From Chloroflexota bacterium (lineage in GTDB: Bacteria; Chloroflexota; UBA11872; VXOZ01), in the NCBI GenBank assembly GCA_963662335.2, contig CAXXVD010000005.1, positions 638,027-702,026 on the forward strand: 64,000 bases of DNA, written 5' to 3'. Each line of letters opens with the position of its first letter. Position 1 is the first letter of the stretch. A program made the position numbers and the translations under genes. This document shows positions 8,796-18,428 of this stretch, in pieces. The notes under the pieces were generated by a model. It had not been told where the DNA came from and made no database searches. It saw only the letters and a program-made list of their open reading frames with translations.

Positions 8796-11633
8796 CTATC
8801 CCGTCGATTGCACGCCGGCCGCGATGCCGTTGATGGTCTGGAAAATCCCTTCCAGCAAGCGCCGCGCCTCCGGCGGCAGTTCGTCCAGCGGCGTTTCCGC
8901 CTCCGCGCTGAAGCTTTCCCGCCACTCCCGCATCATGCGCACTTGCAGGCAGTGCAGCGGGTCCACGTAGGGATTGCGCAGCAGGATCGAGCGTTGGAGC
9001 ACCGGCGACGAATCCAGCAGGTGGTCCTGGGCCGTTATTTGCAGGAGCGCGTCCCGCGTGCGTTGATATTCATCCGCAATGGCAGTATAGACCTTTTCGC
9101 GCACGGCGTCGTCCGCCACCAGGCCCGCGTAGAGGCGCGCCACCGACATATCGGCGGTGCCGATGCTCAACTGGGCGTTGTCGATGAGCGAGCGGAAGAA
9201 GACCCAGCGGCGGTACATCGCCTGCAGGCGTGCCAGATTGCCCGCGTCCGCGGCGATAAACGACTGCAAGGCGCTGCCCACGCCGTACCAACCCGGCACG
9301 TTATGTCTACTTTGCGTCCAGGCGAACACCCACGGTATCGCCCGCAGGTCTTCCACCCGGTCACCGCCTTTGCGCGAGGCCGGCCGCGACCCCACGTTCA
9401 TGCGGCTGATGTATGCAATCGGCGTGGCCTGCTGGTAGTACGTGCGCAGTGCCGGCGTCTCGTAGATCAACGCGCGGTAAGCGCGAAACGCCGTTTGCGA
9501 GAGCGCGGCCATCGTTTCCTCCCAGTCCGGCTCCAGCGAGGCGCGGGACTCTAACACGCTGGGACTGAGCCGCGCCAGGAGCATGGCGTGGATAACCTGC
9601 TCCAGGTTGCGGTGCGCCACCGGCCGCCGCCCGTAGCGGGAGAAGATGACCTCCCCCTGCTCGGTCAGCTTCATGCCGCCCGCCAGCGAATCCGGCGGCT
9701 GCGCCATGATCGCCCGGTTGGTCGGCCCGCCGCCCCGGCCCAGCGCGCCGCCGCGACCATGGAAGAGTTGCACGGTCACGCCGTGCGCCCGGCAGGCGGC
9801 CACCACCTGCTTCTGCGCGCAGTAGAGTTCCCACGTGGAGGTGAGGAAGCCGCCGTCCTTATTGCTGTCCGAGTAGCCCAGCATGACCTCGCAGCGGTCG
9901 TCCCAGCAGGCCACGTGCGCGCGGAAAATGGGAATGGCAAGCAGCGCGTGAATGAACTCGCGGCCGCCGCGCAAGTCCTCGATAGTTTCGAGCAGCGGCA
10001 CGATCTTGAGGCGGCTTGCGCTCACCCGGCCGGCTGAATCCACCTGCCAGAGCCCCGCTTCTTTGGCCAGCAGCGCCACTTCCAGCACGTCGCTCACGGC
10101 CTCGGTGAAGCTGATGACGTAGGTGTTGCAGGCCTCGACTCCCACCTCCACCTGCATACGGGCGATGCTGGCAAACGTGTCGAACGCCTGGCGGGCGGCG
10201 GCGGAAACCGCGAGTTCCGCGAAGCCAATGGTGGCTGGGTCGGACAACAAGCGGGTCAGCAGCGCCACTTTGGCCGCTTCAGCCAAGCCGCTGTAGCGCG
10301 GCGTGACCTCGCTAGCGGCCAAGTACTCATCCAGCGTAGCGGCATGGACGCCGCTGTGCTCGCGCACGTCCAGGTCCACCAAGTGAAAGCCGAAAACCTG
10401 CACCCGCCGGATCACGTCGCGCAGCCGGCCGTTGGCAATGCGCTCGCCGCCGTTTTCAACCAAGCTCTCCCGCATGAGTTGGAGATCGGCCAGCAACGCG
10501 CCGGGGTCGTGATACGCGCCCGCGGCCGCGGCCCCGCCGCCGGCGTAGCGTCTTCTGGTGCGCGCCAGGCGCTTCTGCATGAACTGGATCTTCGTCCGGT
10601 ATGGTTCCGCCAGGTCCGCTTTGGCGCCGACGCCCGCGCCGGGCAGAGACGTTCGGTCGCTGGCAATGGAATCTAGCAACTCTTGTGAAACGGCAGTGTA
10701 ACGGGCGGAGAGGCTCAGCACCCGCCAGAGTTCGTCCAAATCTCGTGTGTACCGCTCGAGAATCAGCGAGCGGTGCATGCGCAGGGTCTCCTCGGTCACG
10801 CGCGGTGTCACGAAGGGATTGCCGTCCCGGTCGCCGCCCATCCACGAGCCAAAGGTGAGGAAGCGCGGCACGGCAAAATCGTCATCCGCATAACTTGCTT
10901 GCAGCGCGTCTTCCAATTCGTGGTAGAGCGCCGGGATTACGTCCAGCAGCACCTGGTCGAAGTAGTAGAGGCCGTCGTCCACCTCGCCCAGCACCGTGGG
11001 CCGTTCCCAGGGTGTGATGTCGGTCTGCGCCAGAATCGTCACGATTTCATGAATCTTCTCGCTGGCGCCGCGTTCCAAAGAGAGGTCGTGGCGGTTGTTC
11101 TCGCGTTCGGCCAGACAGGTGCGCAGCAACTCCAGGAAGACCAGCAGCGTGCGCCGCCGCACCTCCGTGGGGTGCCGCGTGAAGACGGGACGCAGGGAAA
11201 GCAACGCCAGGATGGGCGCGAGTTCCGCCGGCGTGACCCCTTCGCTCTTGAGCCGCCCCACGGCGGCGGCAATGGACTCGTAGCGCGGCTGCGGATAGCT
11301 TTCGCGTTGGTTCTCCCTCATGCGGCGCAGACGGTGCTGCTCCTCGGCGGCATTGATCAGATAGAAGTAGAGTGAGAAGGCGCGCGCTACGGCGAACATC
11401 TCTTCCTGCTGCAAGTCGGCAACTGAATCCGCCAGCGGTTGCAGTGATACGGTTGCGGTGGTCGTGCGCTGCCAAATGGCGCGCAGGCGAATGTCCTCAA
11501 CCAGATCCAGCAGCGCCGCGCCGTGCTGTTCGCGCAGCACGTTGCCGAGCACGCTGCCGAGAAAGTGCACGTCGTCGCGCAATTGCTCGATCGGCACCCG
11601 GCGCAAGGCTGTCTGTCTTGGCTCGTCTTCCAT
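8796..11633 (-). CDS. ppc: Phosphoenolpyruvate carboxylase
   Basis: SWMGGDRDGNP, MLGYSDSNKDGG, FHGRGG..GRGGGP, LRAIPWVFAWTQSR, C-terminal STG. Confidence 0.96.
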   Translation of the reverse strand: MEDEPRQTALRRVPIEQLRDDVHFLGSVLGNVLREQHGAALLDLVEDIRLRAIWQRTTTATVSLQPLADSVADLQQEEMFAVARAFSLYFYLINAAEEQHRLRRMRENQRESYPQPRYESIAAAVGRLKSEGVTPAELAPILALLSLRPVFTRHPTEVRRRTLLVFLELLRTCLAERENNRHDLSLERGASEKIHEIVTILAQTDITPWERPTVLGEVDDGLYYFDQVLLDVIPALYHELEDALQASYADDDFAVPRFLTFGSWMGGDRDGNPFVTPRVTEETLRMHRSLILERYTRDLDELWRVLSLSARYTAVSQELLDSIASDRTSLPGAGVGAKADLAEPYRTKIQFMQKRLARTRRRYAGGGAAAAGAYHDPGALLADLQLMRESLVENGGERIANGRLRDVIRRVQVFGFHLVDLDVREHSGVHAATLDEYLAASEVTPRYSGLAEAAKVALLTRLLSDPATIGFAELAVSAAARQAFDTFASIARMQVEVGVEACNTYVISFTEAVSDVLEVALLAKEAGLWQVDSAGRVSASRLKIVPLLETIEDLRGGREFIHALLAIPIFRAHVACWDDRCEVMLGYSDSNKDGGFLTSTWELYCAQKQVVAACRAHGVTVQLFHGRGGALGRGGGPTNRAIMAQPPDSLAGGMKLTEQGEVIFSRYGRRPVAHRNLEQVIHAMLLARLSPSVLESRASLEPDWEETMAALSQTAFRAYRALIYETPALRTYYQQATPIAYISRMNVGSRPASRKGGDRVEDLRAIPWVFAWTQSRHNVPGWYGVGSALQSFIAADAGNLARLQAMYRRWVFFRSLIDNAQLSIGTADMSVARLYAGLVADDAVREKVYTAIADEYQRTRDALLQITAQDHLLDSSPVLQRSILLRNPYVDPLHCLQVRMMREWRESFSAEAETPLDELPPEARRLLEGIFQTINGIAAGVQSTG

Positions 11634-11839
11634 CGTCTCCACCACGTTCAAACTGCCGCCCACAACGCAGTCAGCGCCTGCGCCGTTCTAATGTTCGATT
11701 GCCAACCGCAACGCGCGCCGGTCAACCGTGCACGGCCCGCGATCATCCTTATCATGCCACATCCAGGCGCCCATTGACCCACAAGACTTCCTCTCTCAGG
11801 GCAGACTCTCCCTCTTCCTGGCTGCCAGGGATATGCAAA

Positions 11840-12007
11840 TGTCATTCCGAGCGCAGCGAGGAATCTAAAGCTGCTGACTTTGGAGGGCTGTGCATTAGAT
11901 TCCGCGAACAGGGTTCGACACTCCGCTGCGCTCCGTTCGGAATGACAGGTGAAGTCGATTATAGAAAACTTACCCCTGTCAGCTGGGGAGAGGGACGGGG
12001 TGAGGGT
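11840..12007. repeat. REP doublet GTCATTCCGAGCGCAGCGAGGAATCT...GGAATGAC plus a GGGAGAGGG..GGGGTGAGGG element
   Basis: Same families at 37879-37981, 55272-55351 and 42274. Confidence 0.8.
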
Positions 12008-12039
12008 ATTCTGCGCCCGGAGATCACTTACAGGCCGCA

Positions 12040-13695
12040 TCAAATCCGCAAAGCCGCGCGCAGACGAGCGGGGGCCATTTCGGCCAGCAAACCGAGTTCA
12101 GGCAGACCAATCAAACGAAGTAAGCCGAGATACGCCAGCAGCAGCGCCCCGCCGCCGCCCACGATCAGCGCCAGCAGGCCCGCCGCACCCGCCGCCCCGG
12201 CCAGCGCGCTATGGACGAACAACATGCCGCCCGCGGCCAGCGCCACCAACAGCGTGCACGCCCCAACCGGCGCAAAGAAGCGGCCAAAGCCCGCGCCGCC
12301 CACGCCGCCCAGCAGCCGATTGAGCAGCCAGAGCATCACCAGCGCGTGGCCGGCGTTCTGCGCGGTGTTGGCCAGCACCAGCCCCGGCATGCCCAGCAGG
12401 CCCAGCAGCGGCAGCGCCACCGCCAGGTAGAAGCCGATGCCCAGAATGCCGACCAGCACGGGCGTGCGCGTATTCTTGCGCGCGTAGTAGGCAAAGATGA
12501 AGAGTTGATCCAACCCCGTCAGCGGCAGTTGCAGGCTGTAGAGCAGGAGCGCCAAGCCGGTAGCGCCGGTATCCGCGGCATCGAACGCGCCCCGCTGGTA
12601 GACGAGCTCCACGATCTCCCGGTGCCACACCAGCATCAGGGCGAAGAGCGGCAGCATGAGCAAGAGAATGAGCCGCACGCCCTGGCTGAGAATGCGCCGG
12701 AAGTCGGTCAGGTCGCGGTTGCCGCTCGCTGCGGCCAGCAGGGGCAGCACCGCCAGCGCGATCGCCGACCCCACCAAGCCCAACGGCAGTTGCACCAGCC
12801 GGGTGGCGTAGTTCATGGCCGCGATGCTGTCCTGGCCCGTGCAGGACGCCAGGTTGCGGTCCAGGACGATGGCAAGCTGGGTGATGATAAGCCCGGCGAA
12901 AACGGGCGCGTAGAGGCGCAGGATGCGGGGCACGGCCGGGTGCGTGAAAGCCAACCGCGGCCGCAATCCCATGCGCCACAGGCCGGGCGCCTGGAACACC
13001 AATTGCCCAGCGGAACCGACCAGCACGCCGGCCGCCAGACTGGCAACCCCGAGCCGGTTCACGAAGAGCAAGGCGGTGAGGATGATGCCCAGGTTATAGA
13101 CCGCCGCGCAAAAGGCCGGATAGTGCGGTCGTTGACCGGCGTAGAGCGCCGCGTTAACCACCCCGGACAGTCCGAGAAAGGCCGCGGCCGGCAGCGTGAG
13201 GCGAGTCAGCCAGACCGTCTGCGCCAGCAATTCCGGCGCGGGGCCGCCGCCCGCCGCCCCGCTTGCGGCCTGCGACGAGATGAGGCACTGGTTGGCAAGC
13301 TGACCGGCAAAGCCCGGCACGAGCACGCGCACCAACGGCTCCGCAAAGAGGCTGAGCAGCACCACCATGCCGCCCAACACTACCGCCGCCAACGCGAGCA
13401 TGGCGCCGAACAGCGCCGAGAACTCGCGGCTGTTCCGCCCGCGCCCGTCAGGGCGCGCGTATTCCGCGAATACGGGCACCAGCGCCGCCGTCACCGCGCC
13501 GCCGAGCAGCAGGTCGTAGAGCATCGTCGGCACTTGGGTCGCCGCCACGAAGGAAGAGGCGTCCCCGCTCACGCCGAAGAGGTAGGCGATCGTCTGCTCG
13601 CGCACCAGGCCCAGAACGCGGCTGACCACCGCGCCGACTAGCAGCACCAGCGCGGCGCGCGCCAGGATCGCGTCGGTGGCCGCCGGCGCGCTCAT
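12040..13695 (-). CDS. murJ: Lipid II flippase MurJ (MviN)
   Basis: SRVLGLVRE..IAYLFG, F..A..VP, LVPVF, YA.RLVQLPLG, YQRGAF, YARKNTRTP. Confidence 0.93.
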   Translation of the reverse strand: MSAPAATDAILARAALVLLVGAVVSRVLGLVREQTIAYLFGVSGDASSFVAATQVPTMLYDLLLGGAVTAALVPVFAEYARPDGRGRNSREFSALFGAMLALAAVVLGGMVVLLSLFAEPLVRVLVPGFAGQLANQCLISSQAASGAAGGGPAPELLAQTVWLTRLTLPAAAFLGLSGVVNAALYAGQRPHYPAFCAAVYNLGIILTALLFVNRLGVASLAAGVLVGSAGQLVFQAPGLWRMGLRPRLAFTHPAVPRILRLYAPVFAGLIITQLAIVLDRNLASCTGQDSIAAMNYATRLVQLPLGLVGSAIALAVLPLLAAASGNRDLTDFRRILSQGVRLILLLMLPLFALMLVWHREIVELVYQRGAFDAADTGATGLALLLYSLQLPLTGLDQLFIFAYYARKNTRTPVLVGILGIGFYLAVALPLLGLLGMPGLVLANTAQNAGHALVMLWLLNRLLGGVGGAGFGRFFAPVGACTLLVALAAGGMLFVHSALAGAAGAAGLLALIVGGGGALLLAYLGLLRLIGLPELGLLAEMAPARLRAALRI

Positions 13696-13812
13696 CTAAG
13701 CGGCGGCGCGTGGCGCGAAATCGCCGCGTGACGCGAAATCGCCGCGTGGCGCGAAGTCGCCGCGTGGCGCGAAATCGCCGCGTGACGCACAATCGTCTCG
13801 CGGCGCGCTCAT
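13696..13812 (-). CDS. Candidate 38-aa repeat peptide MSAPRDDCASRGDFAPRGDFAPRGDFASRGDFAPRAAA
   Basis: ATG overlaps the upstream stop (ATGA) and its TAG abuts the murJ ATG; encoded by an 18-bp tandem repeat. Confidence 0.4.
   Translation of the reverse strand: MSAPRDDCASRGDFAPRGDFAPRGDFASRGDFAPRAAA
13705..13794. repeat. Five tandem 18-bp units (GCCGCGTGGCGCGAAATC)
   Basis: Units start at 13705, 13723, 13741, 13759 and 13777. Confidence 0.93.
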
Positions 13813-15533
13813 CCACTTCGCCTCCGCCGCCAGCGGCGCAGGCCCGCGCGCGCGCCCAGAACGGCCGCGCCGATTGCGGCCAACGGAATGCCAAAGATCA
13901 GCAGCCAAATCAGCACGTCCACCGCCCGCTGCGCCACGACCACCAGCGCCGCCAGACCGGCCTCGACCGTCCGGCCCGGCCGCCACACCGAGCGTCTGGA
14001 GACATCCTCGCGCAGCGCGGTCACGTACGCGTCGGCGCGGTTGTTGAACGTCACCGCATCGGGTTGTTCGGCGGCAATGGAAATGGGAATCTGCAGGCGG
14101 CCTTCCGCCACGTCCAGCCGCAAGCGCATTGTCGCGTCGATGCCGGCGCCGGCTTCCAGCCGTCCGAGTTGCCACACCACGCTGCCCGTCTCGCGGTCGT
14201 AGCTGCCGCCGCCATCCGCCCGCACGAAGGTCATCCCCGCCGGAATTTCCGCCCGCACCGTCACGTCGGCAGCGTCAGCCGTGCCCACGTTGGCGGCGTA
14301 GATCCAAATCGACACGTCGCTCCCCTGCGCGCCCGCGGCGGGGCTTTCAACGTTCAGCGTGAGGTCCGGCGCGAACGTCAACGTGAGCGCCGCCGTATTG
14401 TCGGCGGCGTCGGCCTCCGCGCTCGCGGATCGGATCGCGGCTTCAAGCCGGATGCCGGCGGCGGCATCATCCACGCGCAGGTGGGCAAACACGCTGCCAA
14501 CCGCGCCGGCCGCGACGTCCGCCAGATTCCAGCGGATTTCGCGAGACGACGCTTCGTATTGACCGCCTTCGCTCAGTTCGTACACGCTGAGGCGCTCAGG
14601 CAGGCTGAGCGTGAGGCTGCCGGCCCGCGCCGCCACGCTGCCGCTGTTGCGGTACGTGAGCGTAAACGTCGTCACGGCGCGCGCCGCGGGCGGGCTACCG
14701 GCGGCAATTTCTACCGCGAGATCAGGTGGGGCGTGCAGCAGCAACCGGATCGTCGCCAGCGCGATGCGGTCCTGCAAGACGTTCAAGCGGCCCTGCAGCC
14801 GCTCGCTCTCGCCACGCACTTCCGCCAGGCGCTTCTCGATTTGCAGCAGGTCTTCAACCGTGTCGGCCTGTTCCACCAGGGCGAGCAGTTGCGTTTCGGC
14901 GGCGGCGAGGTTGCGGAGGCGCGCGTCCAGGTCGGTGTATTCCTCCGTGACGTCGCGGGCGGTCGTCTGCTCCGCAAGGACCTCCTCTGCCAGCCCCCGC
15001 AATTCCGCCAACGCCCGGTCGAACGCCGCCGCCGGCACCCGCAGCGTGAGCGCCGTTGGCCGGGGATCGCCGGCCCGCCGCGTCTCGGCAGCGGCTATGA
15101 ACGCGCCCGGCATACCGGCAAGGATTTGCTCAACCGCCGCCACGGCGGCCGCCGGGTCCGCCACCACGATGGTCAACGTGCCGTCGCGGATGACCTTCGC
15201 GTCCTCGGCAAAGGAAACCCTCGCCGCGGGAGCCGGCGCGGCTGCCGCGACTTTGGCGTTGGCCGCGGCCTGGGCCGCGGGCGCTTCCCGTGGGGCAACC
15301 TGTGGTGAATCCACCGCCGACTTCATGGCCGGCGCCTCGTCCGCGGCGTAGGCCTCCTCCGCCACGGCCAGCGCCATTTCGGATTCCTCGGTCGCACCCG
15401 CGCCAAAGAAGCCGTCCTCATCCCCGGACATGGCAGCGGGCAGGAAGAAAAGCGCGCCGCCCACAACGACCGCCGCCGCCAGCAGGGCGAGCAGCCCAAC
15501 CAAGCCGCCAACCACCAGCAAGGCTCTCTTCAT
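13809..15533 (-). CDS. Membrane protein, DUF4349-like coiled-coil domain plus DUF11-like Ig repeats
   Basis: LRVPA..FD, DVTEEYTDLDARL, L.DRI..ATI.L; two PDL...N.G..AA repeats; N- and C-terminal TM segments. Confidence 0.75.
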   Translation of the reverse strand: MKRALLVVGGLVGLLALLAAAVVVGGALFFLPAAMSGDEDGFFGAGATEESEMALAVAEEAYAADEAPAMKSAVDSPQVAPREAPAAQAAANAKVAAAAPAPAARVSFAEDAKVIRDGTLTIVVADPAAAVAAVEQILAGMPGAFIAAAETRRAGDPRPTALTLRVPAAAFDRALAELRGLAEEVLAEQTTARDVTEEYTDLDARLRNLAAAETQLLALVEQADTVEDLLQIEKRLAEVRGESERLQGRLNVLQDRIALATIRLLLHAPPDLAVEIAAGSPPAARAVTTFTLTYRNSGSVAARAGSLTLSLPERLSVYELSEGGQYEASSREIRWNLADVAAGAVGSVFAHLRVDDAAAGIRLEAAIRSASAEADAADNTAALTLTFAPDLTLNVESPAAGAQGSDVSIWIYAANVGTADAADVTVRAEIPAGMTFVRADGGGSYDRETGSVVWQLGRLEAGAGIDATMRLRLDVAEGRLQIPISIAAEQPDAVTFNNRADAYVTALREDVSRRSVWRPGRTVEAGLAALVVVAQRAVDVLIWLLIFGIPLAAIGAAVLGARAGLRRWRRRRSG

Positions 15534-15644
15534 GCGCTAGCTCCTTACCGCTCTCAAGCGCCGACTATCCCGCAACCGGCCGCGCGCCGGCGGCTGCGGG
15601 AGCGGCAAGCCGGAATGCTTCGCCGCCGCGCTCGCTGCCAGGCG

Positions 15645-17030
15645 TCAGTCTTGGTCTGAGACTCGCCCGCCGCCGCTTTCCAGGGCTTTCATATAGGCGC
15701 GCATGGCGCGATCGGTCTTGCCCAGGCGCTGGTAGACGTCGCCAAGCTGCTGCCAGGCTTGCAGCTTATCCGGCGTGGATTCCGCTAGCGCCTCCAGGCG
15801 TTCCGCGATAGAGTCGGGCGCGGCGGCGCCCGCCCCATCCGCCTGCCGTTCCAGCGCGGCCAGCAATTCCTCCCAGGTATCCTCGTCCGGCTTGGCGTCC
15901 ACAGCGGACTCCGTCTCCAGACCGAACTCCGCGTCCGCGACGGCGGCGGTGTCCGCGTCCGGCTGAGCGGCCGGCGCGGCAGCCGCTTCAACGTCTTCAG
16001 TCTCTGTGACAGCATGAGTGGCAGGCGTGTCCGCCGCCACTGCCTCCTCGGCCCTGGGAGCAGGCGTCACGATCACGCGCGGGGCATCCGGTTGCCCCGC
16101 CTCCGCGCCGGACGCGGCCTGGGTAACCGCCGGCAATGGCGAATCGCGCGGCGTCTCTGCCGCCGCCGCAGCCTCCCGCGCAGCCGGCGCGCGTTCCGCG
16201 GCGCGTTCAGGCTCCGGCGCTCGCGTGGCGGCCAGTTCCGCCTCGATCCGTTGCAGGAAGTCCAGCGGCACGCTGATTTCCGCGTCGTCGCTGGGCAGCG
16301 GCAGGCGCGAAGGGCCGTTGGCCGGGTAGAGGGCGCGCGCCAACACGAAATCCGGGTCCACCTGGCGGGAACGCTCGAAGAACTGCCGCGCCTGATCCAT
16401 CAGTCCCAGGTGCGCGCGCACGTCTGCGGAAAGCAAGATGGCCTTCAGGCAGTTCGGGTGCGCGCGGACGATCTCATCGGCCAGTCCGCCCGCCGCCTGC
16501 CGATCGCCATTGAGCCAGTGCGCCTCCATCAACGCCACGTGCGCGCTCCAGTGCACCTGGCGTTCTTCCAGCAATTGGCACAGTTCGGCAATCGCATGCT
16601 CGATAAGACCGCTGCGCAGGTGAATGCGGGCGAGCCCAGTGCGCGTCAAGAGCGCCTCACCGGCGGACGCGCCGTCCTCTGCGCCCTGCAGCGCCACCAC
16701 GCGCTGCTTCACCTCCGTGCGCGCGGGCTCGCACTCGAACGCCCGGCGCAGCGCGTCCAGCGTCTCTTCGTCCCGTCCCTGGGCTTCCAGCGCGTCGGCG
16801 TAGCTTGTGAGCGTGCGCGGATTCTCGGGGTCCATGTCGAGCGCCTGCGAGAAGTGATCCGCGGCCTGCTCGTACCGACCCGCCGCCAGGGAGACGTGGC
16901 CCAACAGGGTGCGCGCCGCCAGGTTATGCGGCGACTGCGCCAGCGGGTAGCGGGCGATCTCTTCCGCCAGCGCAAAGCGCTCCAGCGCCAGCGCCTGCTC
17001 TCCCCACTGCAAGAAGTCCTTGAGCTTCAT
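15645..17030 (-). CDS. Tetratricopeptide repeat protein with an acidic Ala-rich linker
   Basis: Repeated LG......GRY.QA...F..AL.MDP and WQQLGDVY..LG..D.A..AY.KAL patterns. Confidence 0.8.
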   Translation of the reverse strand: MKLKDFLQWGEQALALERFALAEEIARYPLAQSPHNLAARTLLGHVSLAAGRYEQAADHFSQALDMDPENPRTLTSYADALEAQGRDEETLDALRRAFECEPARTEVKQRVVALQGAEDGASAGEALLTRTGLARIHLRSGLIEHAIAELCQLLEERQVHWSAHVALMEAHWLNGDRQAAGGLADEIVRAHPNCLKAILLSADVRAHLGLMDQARQFFERSRQVDPDFVLARALYPANGPSRLPLPSDDAEISVPLDFLQRIEAELAATRAPEPERAAERAPAAREAAAAAETPRDSPLPAVTQAASGAEAGQPDAPRVIVTPAPRAEEAVAADTPATHAVTETEDVEAAAAPAAQPDADTAAVADAEFGLETESAVDAKPDEDTWEELLAALERQADGAGAAAPDSIAERLEALAESTPDKLQAWQQLGDVYQRLGKTDRAMRAYMKALESGGGRVSDQD

Positions 17031-17132
17031 ACTGTCCTGCGCTCCGCCGGTGTGCCGCGCCCAACGCGGCTTCAGGCCGCCGGTCAACCGTCACCGCACA
17101 CCCGCCCCGCGCCGGCGCAGCGCCAACGCGGC

Positions 17133-18416
17133 CTAGTTCCACATGCTCACCAGATCTTCCATCGCCGCCCGATCGAGTCCCGGCCCTACCAGCGCCACGT
17201 GCGCCCAGCCGGGCACGAAGACGCGCTGCGCCGCGCGCAAGACGTCGTCGGCCGTAAGGTCGTCGAGGATAGCCAGCATTTCATCCAGTGTGAGCGTGGT
17301 ATGCATGAGCACCTCTTGGCTGCCGTACCAACTGGCCACGTTCCAGCTATCTTCCATGCTCAGCAGCAGGCGGCCCTTGGTGAACTCGCGCACCTTATCC
17401 ATCTCATCCGCCGTGAGCTTCTCCTGACGGATGCGGTCCACCTGCTCCCAGATGGCGGACAGGGCGCCGTCAAGGTGTGTATCCTCGACGCCGGCGGCAA
17501 TGACGAACGCGCCGGTATCGAAGTATTGCTCGGCGTAGGAGTAGATGTCGTAGGCAAAGCCCAGCCGCTCCCGCACTTCCACCGCCAACCGCGAACTCAT
17601 GCCGTCGCCGAGGGCCGTATTGAGCAGTTCCAGCGCATGGCGGTCCGGATCGGCGTGGGAGAGACCCGTGCCGCCAATGCAAAGCTGCACCTGATTGTGG
17701 TCCTCGGGCTCCGTAAACACCCGCTCGTCCGGCTGGGTGGCCACCGCGGGCAGCCAGGCCGGGCCGGTGCCTTTCCGCAAACCGCCAAACGCCTCTTCCG
17801 CATGGGCCAAGGCCTGGTCCGCTTCCACGCCTCCCGCCACCACGAGCACCATGTTGTTGGCGCGGTAGAAATCTTCCAGGTGCTTGAGCAGGTCGTCCCG
17901 GGTGATGTGCATGATCGTCTCCGGGCGGCCGCCAATGTCCTCTCCCAACGGATGGCGCGGCCACAGCAGGCGCGACATGAGGACGTGCACCCAATCCGAC
18001 GGCGTATCCTGGTAGAGGTCAAGCTCCTCCAGAATCACGCCGCGCTCGCGCTCCACGTCGTCGGCGTGAAACGTGGGGTTCAGGATGATGTCCGAGAGGA
18101 TGTCGAAGGCAATCGGCAGGTGCTGGGAGGCCACTTTCGCCCACACGACCGTCGCCTCGCGCCCGGTGCTCGCGTTCAACAAGCCGCCGGTGCGCTCGAT
18201 CGCCTCCGCGATCTCCTGCGGGTCCGGCCGCTGGGCGGTGCCCTTGAAGAGCATGTGTTCCAGAAAGTGGGAGAGCCCCATCTGGTCGTACGGCTCGTAG
18301 CGAGACCCGGCGCCGCAGAAGAGGCTCACCGTCACGGCCCGGGTGTGCGGCATGGGCAAGACGAGCACCCGCAGTCCGTTTGGCAGGGTATGCCTACGCA
18401 AGGTCTGCCCTTTCAT
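17133..18416 (-). CDS. M16 family (pitrilysin-like) zinc peptidase
   Basis: LPNGLRV, inverted zinc motif HFLEHMLFKGT, GMSSRL..EVRE..G.AY. Confidence 0.93.
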   Translation of the reverse strand: MKGQTLRRHTLPNGLRVLVLPMPHTRAVTVSLFCGAGSRYEPYDQMGLSHFLEHMLFKGTAQRPDPQEIAEAIERTGGLLNASTGREATVVWAKVASQHLPIAFDILSDIILNPTFHADDVERERGVILEELDLYQDTPSDWVHVLMSRLLWPRHPLGEDIGGRPETIMHITRDDLLKHLEDFYRANNMVLVVAGGVEADQALAHAEEAFGGLRKGTGPAWLPAVATQPDERVFTEPEDHNQVQLCIGGTGLSHADPDRHALELLNTALGDGMSSRLAVEVRERLGFAYDIYSYAEQYFDTGAFVIAAGVEDTHLDGALSAIWEQVDRIRQEKLTADEMDKVREFTKGRLLLSMEDSWNVASWYGSQEVLMHTTLTLDEMLAILDDLTADDVLRAAQRVFVPGWAHVALVGPGLDRAAMEDLVSMWN

Positions 18417-18428
18417 TGGTAGCGCCCA

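Noticed and set aside
13705-13794. CRISPR or iteron array
   Set aside because: Directly tandem 18-mers without spacers; no rep or cas gene nearby
16014-18422. 802-aa plus-strand ORF and similar long antisense ORFs (12211-13641, 13710-15308, 20946-22631, 30586-32064, 40396-41844, 56871-58844)
   Set aside because: Shadow frames of recognisable opposite-strand genes in high-GC DNA
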